DNA of 64,000 bases from an uncultured delta proteobacterium (GTDB lineage: Bacteria; Myxococcota_A; Polyangia; Polyangiales; Polyangiaceae), in contig CAVOKF010000003.1 in assembly GCA_963696385.1 (NCBI GenBank), positions 256,001 through 320,000 of the forward strand. The letters are read 5' to 3'. Position numbers and translations under genes: made by a program. Position 1 is the first letter of the stretch, and each line of letters opens with the position of its first letter. Of this stretch, positions 22,557-32,090 are shown in pieces. A model generated the notes under the pieces. It searched no databases. It was not told where the DNA came from and worked only from the letters and a program-made list of their open reading frames with translations.

Positions 22557-23777
22557 ATGTCGCCCGATCCTCATCGCACCGGCTACTTCGGACCTTTTGG
22601 CGGCTCATTCGTGGCCGAGACGTTGGTCGTCGCGCTCGAGGAGCTCGCGCAGGGCCTCGAAACGATCGTGCGCGGAGAAGCGTTTCAGCGCGAGTGGCGC
22701 GATCTCTTGACGACCTATGTGGGACGTCCAACACCCCTGGGCGAGGCGAAGCGGCTGGCGTGCGCCATAGACCCGACGGGGCGCGCCATCGATCGGCTTT
22801 GGTTGAAGCGCGAGGACCTCTGCCACACTGGTGCGCACAAGATCAACAACGCGATCGGTCAGGTGCTGCTTGCAAGGACGATGGGCAAGACACGCGTCAT
22901 CGCGGAGACCGGCGCGGGGCAGCACGGAGTAGCCACGGCAAGCGCATGCGCTCGTTTTGGGATTCCCTGCGAAGTCTACATGGGCTCAAACGACATCCAG
23001 CGGCAGGCCCCCAACGTGGGCCGCATGAGGCTTTTGGGCGCAAAGGTCATCGCCGTCGAAGCGGGGTCTCGCACGCTCAAGGACGCCATGAACGAGGCCC
23101 TGCGCGATTGGGTCACGAACGTGCGGACGACCTACTATTGCATCGGCAGCGCTGCGGGACCTCATCCGTACCCCGAGCTCGTGGCACGACTGCAAAGCGT
23201 CATCGGCGAGGAGACCCGATCGCAGCTGCTGACCGCGCAGGGCACCCTTCCCGACGCGGCCATTGCATGCGTGGGCGGAGGATCCAACGCCATCGGGCTG
23301 TTCCGTGCGTTCCTGGGTGACCCCGCGGTCGCGCTCATCGGCGTCGAGGCAGCGGGGGAAGGCATCGCCTCGGGGCGACACGCAGCCACCCTCACGGCGG
23401 GCCGCGTGGGTGTCCTGCATGGCTCCAAGAGCTACGTCCTTTGCGACGACGGGGGGCAGATCCTCGAGGCGCACTCGATCAGCGCTGGCCTCGACTACCC
23501 CGGCGTCGGCCCCGAGCACTCGTGGCTGAAAGACACGGGACGAGCGCGGTATCTCTCCGCCACCGACGAGGAGGCGCTGCAGGCCGTGCTGCTCGTTGCG
23601 CGGACGGAGGGCATTCTTCCGGCACTTGAGACGGCCCATGCGTTCGCACGAATCGGAGAGGTTGCGCGACATCTGTCCGAAAGGCGCGAACGGCCCGTGT
23701 CGATCGTCGTCGGGGTGTCAGGGCGTGGCGACAAGGATCTGTCCACATTGCTGTGTCGTCTTGGAGACGTGTTGTGA
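22557..23777 (+). CDS. trpB: Tryptophan synthase beta chain
   Basis: [56 protein letters not shown]. Confidence 0.98.
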   Translation: MSPDPHRTGYFGPFGGSFVAETLVVALEELAQGLETIVRGEAFQREWRDLLTTYVGRPTPLGEAKRLACAIDPTGRAIDRLWLKREDLCHTGAHKINNAIGQVLLARTMGKTRVIAETGAGQHGVATASACARFGIPCEVYMGSNDIQRQAPNVGRMRLLGAKVIAVEAGSRTLKDAMNEALRDWVTNVRTTYYCIGSAAGPHPYPELVARLQSVIGEETRSQLLTAQGTLPDAAIACVGGGSNAIGLFRAFLGDPAVALIGVEAAGEGIASGRHAATLTAGRVGVLHGSKSYVLCDDGGQILEAHSISAGLDYPGVGPEHSWLKDTGRARYLSATDEEALQAVLLVARTEGILPALETAHAFARIGEVARHLSERRERPVSIVVGVSGRGDKDLSTLLCRLGDVL

Positions 23778-24583
23778 ACCGCCTCGATGCGATCTTCGTT
23801 CGCGGGAAAAAGGTCCTCATCGCTTATCTGTGCGTCGGGGATCCCAGCATCGAGGAGAGCATCGTGCTCGCCCGGGCTTGTATCCGCGCAGGGGCCGATG
23901 TGATCGAACTCGGTGTGCCCTTCAGCGATCCGACCGCCGACGGTCCCGTCATTGCGTCTGCGAGCCAGCGCGCGATTCGCGTCGGTGGCGGGCTCGAGGC
24001 GACGTTTCGGGCCTCGCACGCGATTCGCTCCACCGATCCGCAGGTCGGACTGGTGCTCTTCGGATACTACAACCCGCTGTTCGTCCGTGGCGAGTCGCGC
24101 TCCGCGCGCGACGCCGCCGAAGCGGGCATCGATGCGCTGCTCGTGGTCGATTTGCCAATCGAAGCAAGCGACACGTTGCATGATGCCGCGAAGGCCAACG
24201 GCCTGGGCCTCGTTCCGCTTCTCGCGCCTACGAGCCGCGCCGAGCGCATCACGGCGGCCGCTCATGCGGCCGCGCGGGGACCGGTGCCGTTCATTTATTA
24301 CATCTCGGTCACCGGCGTCACGGGCAGCGGCGCTATCGATGCCCATGAGGCCGGAGCGCGCGCCCAGCAGATTGCCCGGCAGACGGGGCGACCGGTCGTG
24401 GTCGGATTCGGGATTGACTCAGGGGCAAAAGCACGTCGTGCCGCCGAGCACGCGGACGGGGTCGTGGTCGGCACGGCGCTCGTACGTGCCATCGAACGGG
24501 GACGGACCCCCGACGAGCGACGCGATTCGGTCGAACGTCTGGTGGGCGAGCTGCGCTTGGGTCTCGACCACGCGCCAGCCTGA
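23774..24583 (+). CDS. trpA: Tryptophan synthase alpha chain
   Basis: [43 protein letters not shown] overlap with trpB. Confidence 0.97.
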   Translation: MNRLDAIFVRGKKVLIAYLCVGDPSIEESIVLARACIRAGADVIELGVPFSDPTADGPVIASASQRAIRVGGGLEATFRASHAIRSTDPQVGLVLFGYYNPLFVRGESRSARDAAEAGIDALLVVDLPIEASDTLHDAAKANGLGLVPLLAPTSRAERITAAAHAAARGPVPFIYYISVTGVTGSGAIDAHEAGARAQQIARQTGRPVVVGFGIDSGAKARRAAEHADGVVVGTALVRAIERGRTPDERRDSVERLVGELRLGLDHAPA

Positions 24584-24648
24584 TGCGGCGCGGCTTCGAG
24601 GTGCTCGCCACAGCGCGCGAGCGCGACTATCCTTTTTGGGCTCTATCG

Positions 24649-25332
24649 ATGCTTTTCCTCTGCGTCTCGGACATTCACGGTCACCTCGACGCTCTTCGCG
24701 CCATACTCGCGACCGCGGAGCGGCGGAGCTTCCACAAGCTCCTGGTCGCGGGAGACGTCGTATTTCCGGGTCCGGAACCGCTCGAGACCTGGCGACGTCT
24801 CACGGCGGCCGGTGCCGTGATGGTACAAGGCCTGACCGACCGCGCCGTGGCGATGCTCGACCCGGCCACGCTGCACCCGCGAAGCGAGCACGAGCGCGAG
24901 CGGCTGGGTCGCATGCGCGCGACCCGAGACGCGCTCGGAGAGTTAATCTTGCAGCGCTTGCGCCGACTTCCGACTCACTCACGCCTGGCTCTGGAAGACG
25001 GCGGGGAGCTCCTTCTCGTGCATGGATCGCCCGTGGATCCTGCGGAACCACTCACGCACGACATGACCGATGCCGAGGTCAATGCCCTCATCGGAGATGA
25101 TCCGGCCGACGTCGTCGTCTGCGGAGCAAGCCATGTCCCGTTCGATCGGACGGTCGGTGGCGTTCGCGTGGTCAACGTGGGCAGCGTCGGGGAAGCCCCG
25201 GGGGCCGGCAGCCGCATTGCCCAGGCCATGTGGATCGAATCCACACCGCATGGAGTCCTCGTGGAGCCCATCGTCGTTCCGCTTCACGAGCCCGCCACCA
25301 GGATCTCCTCCGGGGCTATTGATGGCACGTGA
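24649..25332 (+). CDS. Metallophosphoesterase-family protein with degenerate motifs
   Basis: SDIHG, AGDVV, VHGSP, VNVGSVG present; GN(H/T)D is GLTD and GHxH is GASH. Confidence 0.85.
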   Translation: MLFLCVSDIHGHLDALRAILATAERRSFHKLLVAGDVVFPGPEPLETWRRLTAAGAVMVQGLTDRAVAMLDPATLHPRSEHERERLGRMRATRDALGELILQRLRRLPTHSRLALEDGGELLLVHGSPVDPAEPLTHDMTDAEVNALIGDDPADVVVCGASHVPFDRTVGGVRVVNVGSVGEAPGAGSRIAQAMWIESTPHGVLVEPIVVPLHEPATRISSGAIDGT

Positions 25333-25381
25333 GCCGCCCCATCCCATGGAAACGCCTGTGCGATAAAGTGGATCTCGATGC

Positions 25382-25828
25382 TTGCCGCCTGCGACGATTG
25401 CGTTCGTGATACGGCCCGGTCTTGCCAAGGCGGGGAAGCTGCCGCTTTTCGTCGCGCACCGCAGCACGCATGTGCGTACGTTCGATTCGAGATGGCGAGA
25501 CCTTTTCGAGCGCGCGGACGTGCTGAGCGAAGGAAGCGTCTTGATCGAGCCGCATGGACGAATGTGGTACGGTTCGACGAGTCTCATTTTGCCATCGGCG
25601 TGGGGCATCCAACCATCGATTCTTGCTGAAGTTGCGGACCGCAACGTGCATGTCCGCTTGCGCGCGCTGCGAATGGCGCTCCGCGAAGCGTGCGTGCGCG
25701 CGCCTGCGCGTCTCGGTCGTCTGATGTGCGAGATCCGGATCTCGTCTGACGATGAGCGGGTGAGGATTGACGTCGACGTCCAGGCGCCGTTGATAGAAGT
25801 GCGAACCGGCTCAGGTCGCGCTCCGTAA
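25382..25828 (+). CDS. Hypothetical protein
   Basis: 148-aa ORF (TTG start) filling the gap in a co-directional run, globular composition. Confidence 0.6.
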   Translation: MPPATIAFVIRPGLAKAGKLPLFVAHRSTHVRTFDSRWRDLFERADVLSEGSVLIEPHGRMWYGSTSLILPSAWGIQPSILAEVADRNVHVRLRALRMALREACVRAPARLGRLMCEIRISSDDERVRIDVDVQAPLIEVRTGSGRAP

Positions 25829-25842
25829 TCGATCCTGCAAAC

Positions 25843-26898
25843 ATGCCTAGTACTACCCATGGGCCCGCCGGCGTCGGCGGCGGCCGAAAAAAGCGACGAC
25901 GCAAAGGGGGAACCGTCATCCACGTGGCCTTCGGGTCGGGCGGCGGGCGCATCGATGATGCCGCGCACGCAGCGACCCGTGCGGGCTCGGTCGGCGTACC
26001 GCCCGCTCCCGATGGTCGGGAGCCGGTTACCGACCTATTCACTCTTCGCGAAGTCGCCAAGCTCCTGGGTGTTTCCGAGGCACGCCTTCGTTCGCTCGAC
26101 CGATCGAAGATCGTCTCGCCTTCAGGGCAGCGCGGCCGGCTTCGCGCGTACACCTTCCAGGACCTCATCGCTCTGCGCGCCACTCGTGAGCTTCTCGAGC
26201 ACCACGTGCGACTGCGCGACGTCGCCCGCGCCATTGGAGCGCTGCGCGAAGCGCTGCCTCGCGTTACGCGCCCCCTCCAGCAGCTTCGCATCATCGGCGA
26301 CGGCCGCCGCGTGGTGGTGAGGTCCGCGAGCGGGAGCTTCGAGCCCATTACCGGGCAGATGGTCCTCGACTTCGAAGTCCAAACACTGCGCGATGACGTC
26401 GTCCGCATGCTGCGACCGGAGATCGGCTCCGAGCGCGCGACGACTGCCTACGATCTCTACGTTCAGGCGAGTCGGCTGGACGAGGACGCTGCCACGTACG
26501 ACGCCGCCGAAGATCTCTATCGCCGCGCGATCGGTCTCGATCCGTCGCTCGCCATTGCGTATACGAACTTGGGCAATATCCGGTTCCGGCGCGGCGACGA
26601 GACCGGAGCCGAGGCGCTCTATCGCCATGCCATCGAGATCGATACGCAACAGCCCGAGGCCCACTACAACCTGGGATACGTCATGCTGGAACGCGGCGAC
26701 GCTCGACTGGCTGCAGACTATTTTGAACGTGCGCTCGAGGGCGACCCGCGCTTCGCGGACGCTCAGTTCAATCTCGCGATGGCGCTCGAGCAACTCGGCG
26801 ACCGCGCGCGCGCACGGCCGCACTGGAAAAAGTACCTTGAGATCGAGCCCACAGGGACGTGGGCCGACATTGCACGCGAACACCTCACGACGACTTAG
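25843..26898 (+). CDS. MerR-type HTH plus TPR-repeat protein
   Basis: FTLREVAKLLGVSEARLRSLDR...RAYTFQDLIALR; C-terminal TPRs (AYTNLGN, AHYNLG, AQFNLA). Confidence 0.88.
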   Translation: MPSTTHGPAGVGGGRKKRRRKGGTVIHVAFGSGGGRIDDAAHAATRAGSVGVPPAPDGREPVTDLFTLREVAKLLGVSEARLRSLDRSKIVSPSGQRGRLRAYTFQDLIALRATRELLEHHVRLRDVARAIGALREALPRVTRPLQQLRIIGDGRRVVVRSASGSFEPITGQMVLDFEVQTLRDDVVRMLRPEIGSERATTAYDLYVQASRLDEDAATYDAAEDLYRRAIGLDPSLAIAYTNLGNIRFRRGDETGAEALYRHAIEIDTQQPEAHYNLGYVMLERGDARLAADYFERALEGDPRFADAQFNLAMALEQLGDRARARPHWKKYLEIEPTGTWADIAREHLTTT

Positions 26899-27063
26899 TA
26901 CAGTGCCCCGCTAAACGGCACCCAGCTGCACGGGGTACGCCTTGCGTTGCAGGCTGGCGCTGCACTAAGATGGTTTGCTTGGGGCTTCGCCCCAAACCCC
27001 CAATCGCCTCCCGGCGACTGAGGTACACCGCCCGGCTGATCCCTTTGTTCTGGGGCGGTGTAC
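26898..27063. repeat. Structured intergenic element (REP/MITE-like) with imperfect terminal inverted repeats and several hairpins
   Basis: Left GTACAGTGCCCC vs right reverse complement GTACACCGCCCC; hairpins TTGGGGC-TTC-GCCCCAA, TCGCC-TCCC-GGCGA and GTACACCGCCC..GGGCGGTGTAC; between convergent genes. Confidence 0.6.
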
Positions 27064-27083
27064 TTTCGTCGAGTGGGATCGCT

Positions 27084-28205
27084 TCAGGCATTGAAGAACC
27101 GGCCCACGTGCTCCACGATCGAATCTTGCTGCTCATCCGACATCGCCGCAAAGATGGGAAGTGCCAGGGCCGTTCGGCAGACCTCCTCGGCGGCGGGCAG
27201 CGGAGGTTCGTGAAGCCATTCGAAGCAGGGCTGGCGGTTGAGGGAAACAGGATAATACACTCTCGTTTCAACGCCCCGTACGCGTAGAAAGCGAGCGAGA
27301 GCGTCGCGCTCGGGCGTCCGAACCACGAACGCGTGCCAGGCGTGGACGGCCGGCGGATGGGGCGGGTCCGGAAGCAACAGCGGCCATCGCGCAAGCTGGC
27401 TGCGATACCGATCGGCGGAGCGAGTGCGGGCGCGTTGCCAGTCCGCCAGTCGCCGCGTCTTGGTCAAGAGCACGGCGGCTTGCAGCGCGTCCAGCCGGCT
27501 GTTGCGTCCCGCCTCCTGATGCACGTAAGGCTCGACGGCACCATGGGCGCGAAGACGGCGCACCCGAGTCGCGATGTCGCCCCGCGAAGTGACGACGGCG
27601 CCTGCATCGCCCCAAGCGCCCAAACCCTTCGTCGGAAAAAAGCTAAAGCATCCCGCGTCACCCATGCCGCCAGCCGGGGTCCCCGATTCGTCGTTCGCAC
27701 CGATGGCTTGCGCCGCGTCTTCGACCACCGCGATACCGCGTTGCGCCGCCAGTGCCTTGAGAGACGCGGTCGGTGCACAGCGACCAAACAGATGCACCGG
27801 AACTAGGGCGCGGACACGCAGCCCGGCACGCGTCGCACGTTCCATGGACTCGTCGACCGTAGCCACGCTCGCGTTCATCGTCGTCGGATCGACGTCGCAG
27901 AAGACCGGACGCGCACCCACGGCGGCAATCGCCTCCGCCGCTGCGACGAACGAGAGGCCGGGCGTCACGACGGCATCTCCCGACGAGACGCCGATGGCTC
28001 GTAAGGTGAGCTCGATCGCATCCGTGCCCGAAGCCACCCCCACCGCGTACGTCGTGCCGCATGCTCGAGCCAGCCACCGCTCGAAGGCCTGGACCTCCTC
28101 GCCCAAGACGAAATGGCCCGTGCGCGCAACCCGTGCAATCTCGGTGAGAACTTCGTCCGCGATAGGCGCTTCCTGCGCAGCAAGGTCGACAAATGGAACG
28201 CGCAT
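27084..28205 (-). CDS. DegT/DnrJ/EryC1/StrS family aminotransferase
   Basis: VPFVDL, VASGTDA, PVHLFG, EDAAQAIGA, FSFFPTKGLGAWGDAG, NSRLDALQAA. Confidence 0.95.
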   Translation of the reverse strand: MRVPFVDLAAQEAPIADEVLTEIARVARTGHFVLGEEVQAFERWLARACGTTYAVGVASGTDAIELTLRAIGVSSGDAVVTPGLSFVAAAEAIAAVGARPVFCDVDPTTMNASVATVDESMERATRAGLRVRALVPVHLFGRCAPTASLKALAAQRGIAVVEDAAQAIGANDESGTPAGGMGDAGCFSFFPTKGLGAWGDAGAVVTSRGDIATRVRRLRAHGAVEPYVHQEAGRNSRLDALQAAVLLTKTRRLADWQRARTRSADRYRSQLARWPLLLPDPPHPPAVHAWHAFVVRTPERDALARFLRVRGVETRVYYPVSLNRQPCFEWLHEPPLPAAEEVCRTALALPIFAAMSDEQQDSIVEHVGRFFNA

Positions 28206-29014
28206 CACCACTTTCGGTGCAGAAGCGAAGGAAGTGCAGTTCGAACGCGATCCTGATACGCAAAGTCGAGAAGGGTCGCGGCGAAGCCCTCGCCCTCCGA
28301 GCACTGGGCAACGACCTCGCCCCACGGATCGACAACGAGCGATTTGCCGTAGGTTTGGCGCCCACGCGCGTGCTTGCCATGCTGCGCCGGGGCGAGCACG
28401 TAAACCTGGTTCTCTATGGCACGCGCACGCAACAAGGTGTGCCAGTGGTCCTTGCCCGTCGGAACCGTGAACGCGGATGGGACGACGACCATGCGCGCTC
28501 CTCGCTCGACCAGGCGTCGATAGAGCTCCGGAAACCGAACGTCGTAGCAGATGCTCAACCCGAGACCCACGCCGTGGACCTCGGTCGTCACCGCCTCGGT
28601 CCCCGCGCTCGTTGAAACGCTCTCGCGGTACGAGCTTCCGTCGGGCAATGTCACGTCGAACAGGTGAACCTTCCGATAGGTGGCCGTGACCGCCCCGCGC
28701 GGATCGAGCAGGACCGCGGTGTTGTACGGGCGCGAAACGTCTTCGCTCTTCTCGGGCATGCCACCCCCGAGAACCCAGATGCCATGCTTCGCGGCGCAGT
28801 CGGCGAGCGTACCGAGGATTTCGCCCGGGAAAGCGCCGTCGAGCCGCTCGGCAAGCCCGCGCTTCGCCGCCTCCTCGCCCATGAAGGCAAAATTTTCGGG
28901 CAGCGCGACGAGCTCGGCGCCCGCCGCCGCGGCGTGCGCCACCCAATGGCGCACGCGTTGAAGGTTTGCGCCGACGTCGTCTTGGGCATTGAGCTGGACG
29001 ACCGCCACCTGCAT
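28205..29014 (-). CDS. Carbon-nitrogen hydrolase (Nit1/deaminated glutathione amidase-like)
   Basis: LPENF, YRKVHLFDV, SICYDVRFPE, PSAFT..TG..HW..LLRARAIENQ. Confidence 0.93.
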   Translation of the reverse strand: MQVAVVQLNAQDDVGANLQRVRHWVAHAAAAGAELVALPENFAFMGEEAAKRGLAERLDGAFPGEILGTLADCAAKHGIWVLGGGMPEKSEDVSRPYNTAVLLDPRGAVTATYRKVHLFDVTLPDGSSYRESVSTSAGTEAVTTEVHGVGLGLSICYDVRFPELYRRLVERGARMVVVPSAFTVPTGKDHWHTLLRARAIENQVYVLAPAQHGKHARGRQTYGKSLVVDPWGEVVAQCSEGEGFAATLLDFAYQDRVRTALPSLLHRKW

Positions 29015-29284
29015 GCGCTGCTTCGCCCACGATAGTTGCCGCCGCCGGGACAATCAATGGGTTCGCGTGGTTTGCGTCGCCGTCGCCGTCTCGGCGGCCA
29101 TTCGCCATAGTGCTGCAGCGAGCTATGTTCGTACGGCCATCGCCGGATCGACCATGCACTGCAAGAACCACGCGTTGCCGCTCGCCCAAGCCCTGAACGA
29201 GGTCGGCTGCCCTCGCCCCGTTTGGGCGGTCCACCGATGGAGTGGGAAGGACGCCTGGTCGAACCACCTTGTTCGGAAGGACGC

Positions 29285-30433
29285 GTGAGTTCGGCGTACT
29301 CCATTCGCGTCCTCAAGAGTGTGCGCGAGGTGTCCCCGGAGCGGTGGGATGCTCTGATCGGGGACGACAGTTCCCCGTTCGTCGAGCATGCATGGTTGGA
29401 GGCGCTCGAAGCCACCGGATGCGTGGGAGGCCGTACGGGATGGCTCCCCCGTCACCTATCGCTCTGGCGCGGTGCCGACCTGGTGGCTGCGGCCCCGTCT
29501 TACGCGAAGCAACACAGCGAGGGCGAGTTCGTCTTCGACTGGGGATGGGCCGAGTTAGCGGAGCGCATCGGAATTCATTACTACCCGAAACTCGTCATCG
29601 CGGTTCCATTCACTCCCGCAACCGGCGACCGCGTCCTCGTCCCCCGTGGCGAAGATCGCAACGCCATCGTTGGCGTCTTCGCCGACGCTGCGCGCCAGCT
29701 GTGTGAGCGTCTCGGTACGTCCGGTACTCATGTGCTCTTTCCACGCGAAAGTGAGGCTGCCGCATGGCAAGCCAGCGGGTACCTGCTACGCGACGGCTTC
29801 CAGTTCCATTGGCACCGCGATGGTGCGACGACATTCGACCACTACCTCGGCCACTTCTCTTCGAAGCAACGCAATCAGGTCCGCCGCGAACTCCGCCATG
29901 TCAGCGACGCCGGAATCGTCGTGGAAGCGCTGCCCTCGGAAGGTCATACGCCGGCCGTCGCGCACACGATGCACGGGTTCTACGCGTCGACGATCGGCAA
30001 GCACGGCGTCTGGGGACGGCTCTATTTGAACGAGGCGTTTTTTCAACGTGTCGTCGAACGGTTTCGCGACCGGCTGGCGTGGGTGGTGGCGCGCGACACG
30101 GCAACGGGCGAACTCGTGGGCGGCGCGTTCAATGTGGTGAAGCGAAATCGTCTGTACGGCCGTTATTGGGGCACGAACTCCAACGTCCCCTTTTTGCACT
30201 TCGTCGTGTGCTATTATGCAGGAATACGGCTCTGCCTGGAGCGCGGTCTGGACGTCTTCGAGCCGGGCGCTGGGGGTGAGCACAAGCGGGTGCGGGGCTT
30301 CGCTCCGACCTTGACACAATCCGCGCACTGGCTGGCGGACGGCCGGTTGCGCTCCGCGCTTTCACCTTGGCTCGAGCGCGAGCGCGATCGGGTCCGGTCC
30401 ATCATCGCGAGCACCGATCTGACCGAACCGTGA
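29285..30433 (+). CDS. GNAT/FemAB-like family protein (DUF482-type)
   Basis: HSEGEFVFDWGWA, YYPKLVIAVPFTPATG, LYGRYWG, FEPGAGGEHK..RGF.P. Confidence 0.9.
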   Translation: MSSAYSIRVLKSVREVSPERWDALIGDDSSPFVEHAWLEALEATGCVGGRTGWLPRHLSLWRGADLVAAAPSYAKQHSEGEFVFDWGWAELAERIGIHYYPKLVIAVPFTPATGDRVLVPRGEDRNAIVGVFADAARQLCERLGTSGTHVLFPRESEAAAWQASGYLLRDGFQFHWHRDGATTFDHYLGHFSSKQRNQVRRELRHVSDAGIVVEALPSEGHTPAVAHTMHGFYASTIGKHGVWGRLYLNEAFFQRVVERFRDRLAWVVARDTATGELVGGAFNVVKRNRLYGRYWGTNSNVPFLHFVVCYYAGIRLCLERGLDVFEPGAGGEHKRVRGFAPTLTQSAHWLADGRLRSALSPWLERERDRVRSIIASTDLTEP

Positions 30434-30500
30434 CAGGGCCGGCGACCGCATGACCGAAAGATGGCGGGCGACCGAGTGCCCCTAGCCGTACCTTCTTGTC

Positions 30501-31313
30501 GTGGTTATCGCTCTGTTCTTCATCGTCCACTGGCAGCTCTCCGTCTTCTTCCAAAGCTTCTTTCTTCATCGCTACGGCGCGCATCGCCAGTTCACGATGA
30601 GCAAGCGCACCGAGCGTTGCTTGCATTTTCTCACTTGGTTCGTGCAGGGATCGAGCTATTTGAACCCGCGCGCATACGCGATCATGCATCGCATGCATCA
30701 TGCGTACAGCGATGGTCCGAACGACCCGCATTCGCCGATCCAGCAGGCGAATTTCTTCAAAATGATGTGGCGGACCAAGAAAATCTACGAAGATCTCAAG
30801 GACCGGCGCGTCGACGTCGAGCCACGTTTCGACGGCGGCTACCCGCAATGGCCATTGTTCGATGACACGCTGTCGTCGATGCCCATCGCCGTGATGTGGG
30901 GGGCCCTCTACACCGCCGTGTACGTCTGCTTTGCGACACACTGGTGGTTGTTTCTGCTGTTGCCCTTGCATTGGGCCCTCGGCCCAGTGCACGGAGCTAT
31001 CGTCAATTGGGCGGGTCATAAGATCGGGTATCGCAATTACGCAAGCGAAGACCATTCTCGAAATACGCTCGTCTTCGACGTTCTGACGATGGGAGAGCTA
31101 TTTCAGAACAACCATCACAAATGGGGCCAGTCTCCGAATTTCGCCGTTCGAGCGTTCGAGATCGACCCGGCTTACCAAATCATGCGTATTCTCGCATACT
31201 TGCGCGTCATCGACATGAGCCAGTCCCAGCGCGCTCGTTGGGTTCCCACTCGCCTCAAAGCAGCGCCTGTCGCCCTTCCCCTCCCTTCCCCGTCACCGGT
31301 CGACGGACCGTGA
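30501..31313 (+). CDS. Acyl-CoA / fatty acid desaturase
   Basis: His boxes HRYGAH, HRMHH, QNNHH; TM segments. Confidence 0.9.
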   Translation: MVIALFFIVHWQLSVFFQSFFLHRYGAHRQFTMSKRTERCLHFLTWFVQGSSYLNPRAYAIMHRMHHAYSDGPNDPHSPIQQANFFKMMWRTKKIYEDLKDRRVDVEPRFDGGYPQWPLFDDTLSSMPIAVMWGALYTAVYVCFATHWWLFLLLPLHWALGPVHGAIVNWAGHKIGYRNYASEDHSRNTLVFDVLTMGELFQNNHHKWGQSPNFAVRAFEIDPAYQIMRILAYLRVIDMSQSQRARWVPTRLKAAPVALPLPSPSPVDGP

Positions 31314-32090
31314 TCCGCCGCTGAAGGCGTCTTTCGCCGCGCGGACGGCGGCGAACGCTCCGAGGTCGTCCGTCCCGGGCGGGATGCCGAGCGTGGTGCG
31401 GATTTCGGAGGACGTTACACGAAGGAAAGGATTCGTCCGTCGTTCGAGATCGATTGTCGTGCCGACCGTCGGCTCTCCGCGCAAGCGCTGTTGTCGAGAT
31501 CGCTCCAGCGCCGCCGTCACATCGAGGTTCGACGGCTCCACGAAGGCCGCAAAACGCAGATTGGTCTCCGTGTACTCGTGCCCCGGATGAACGCGCGTAT
31601 CGCCGGGAAGCGCGGCGAGTCGAGCCAGCGAAGCCTTCATTTGGGCCGCCGTTCCTTCGAAGAGACGGCCGCATCCAGCACAAAAAAGCGTGTCGCCGGT
31701 GAAGACGTATCGCTCTCCCGCGGCGTCGACGAAATAAGCGACGGCGCCGAGCGTGTGACCCGGCACGTGCATCACGGTCGTCTCGACCTCGCCAAGCCGC
31801 AGTACATCCCCCGTGTCCACGCTGCGCGTGAGCCCGGGAACGCGCTTGCGGTCGGAGACGTGACCCACGACCTCGAGATCGAATTCGCGCGCGAGTTCGA
31901 CATTACCGCCCACGTGATCCCAGTGATGGTGTGTGCTCCAAATGGCGCGCGCCTCGAGCCCCTCTCGACGCAGAGCTTCGCGCACCGGGCCAGCCTCTGA
32001 TGCGTCGACTACGGCCGCCTCGCCACCCTTCGAAACCACGAGGTACGCGTAGTTGTCTCGAAGACACGGCACCACGATGACGCGCGTCAC
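31293..32090 (-). CDS. gloB: Hydroxyacylglutathione hydrolase (glyoxalase II)
   Basis: DNYAYL, THHHWDHVGG, PGHTLG, FTGDTLFCAGCGRLFEG, GHEYT, ERRTNPFLR. Confidence 0.95.
   Translation of the reverse strand: MTRVIVVPCLRDNYAYLVVSKGGEAAVVDASEAGPVREALRREGLEARAIWSTHHHWDHVGGNVELAREFDLEVVGHVSDRKRVPGLTRSVDTGDVLRLGEVETTVMHVPGHTLGAVAYFVDAAGERYVFTGDTLFCAGCGRLFEGTAAQMKASLARLAALPGDTRVHPGHEYTETNLRFAAFVEPSNLDVTAALERSRQQRLRGEPTVGTTIDLERRTNPFLRVTSSEIRTTLGIPPGTDDLGAFAAVRAAKDAFSGGSRSVDR

Noticed and set aside
27084..29267. 727-aa ORF suggesting a long N-terminal extension on the aminotransferase
   Set aside because: The extension overlaps the nitrilase gene in another frame; the real start is ATG 28205 in a TGATG overlap
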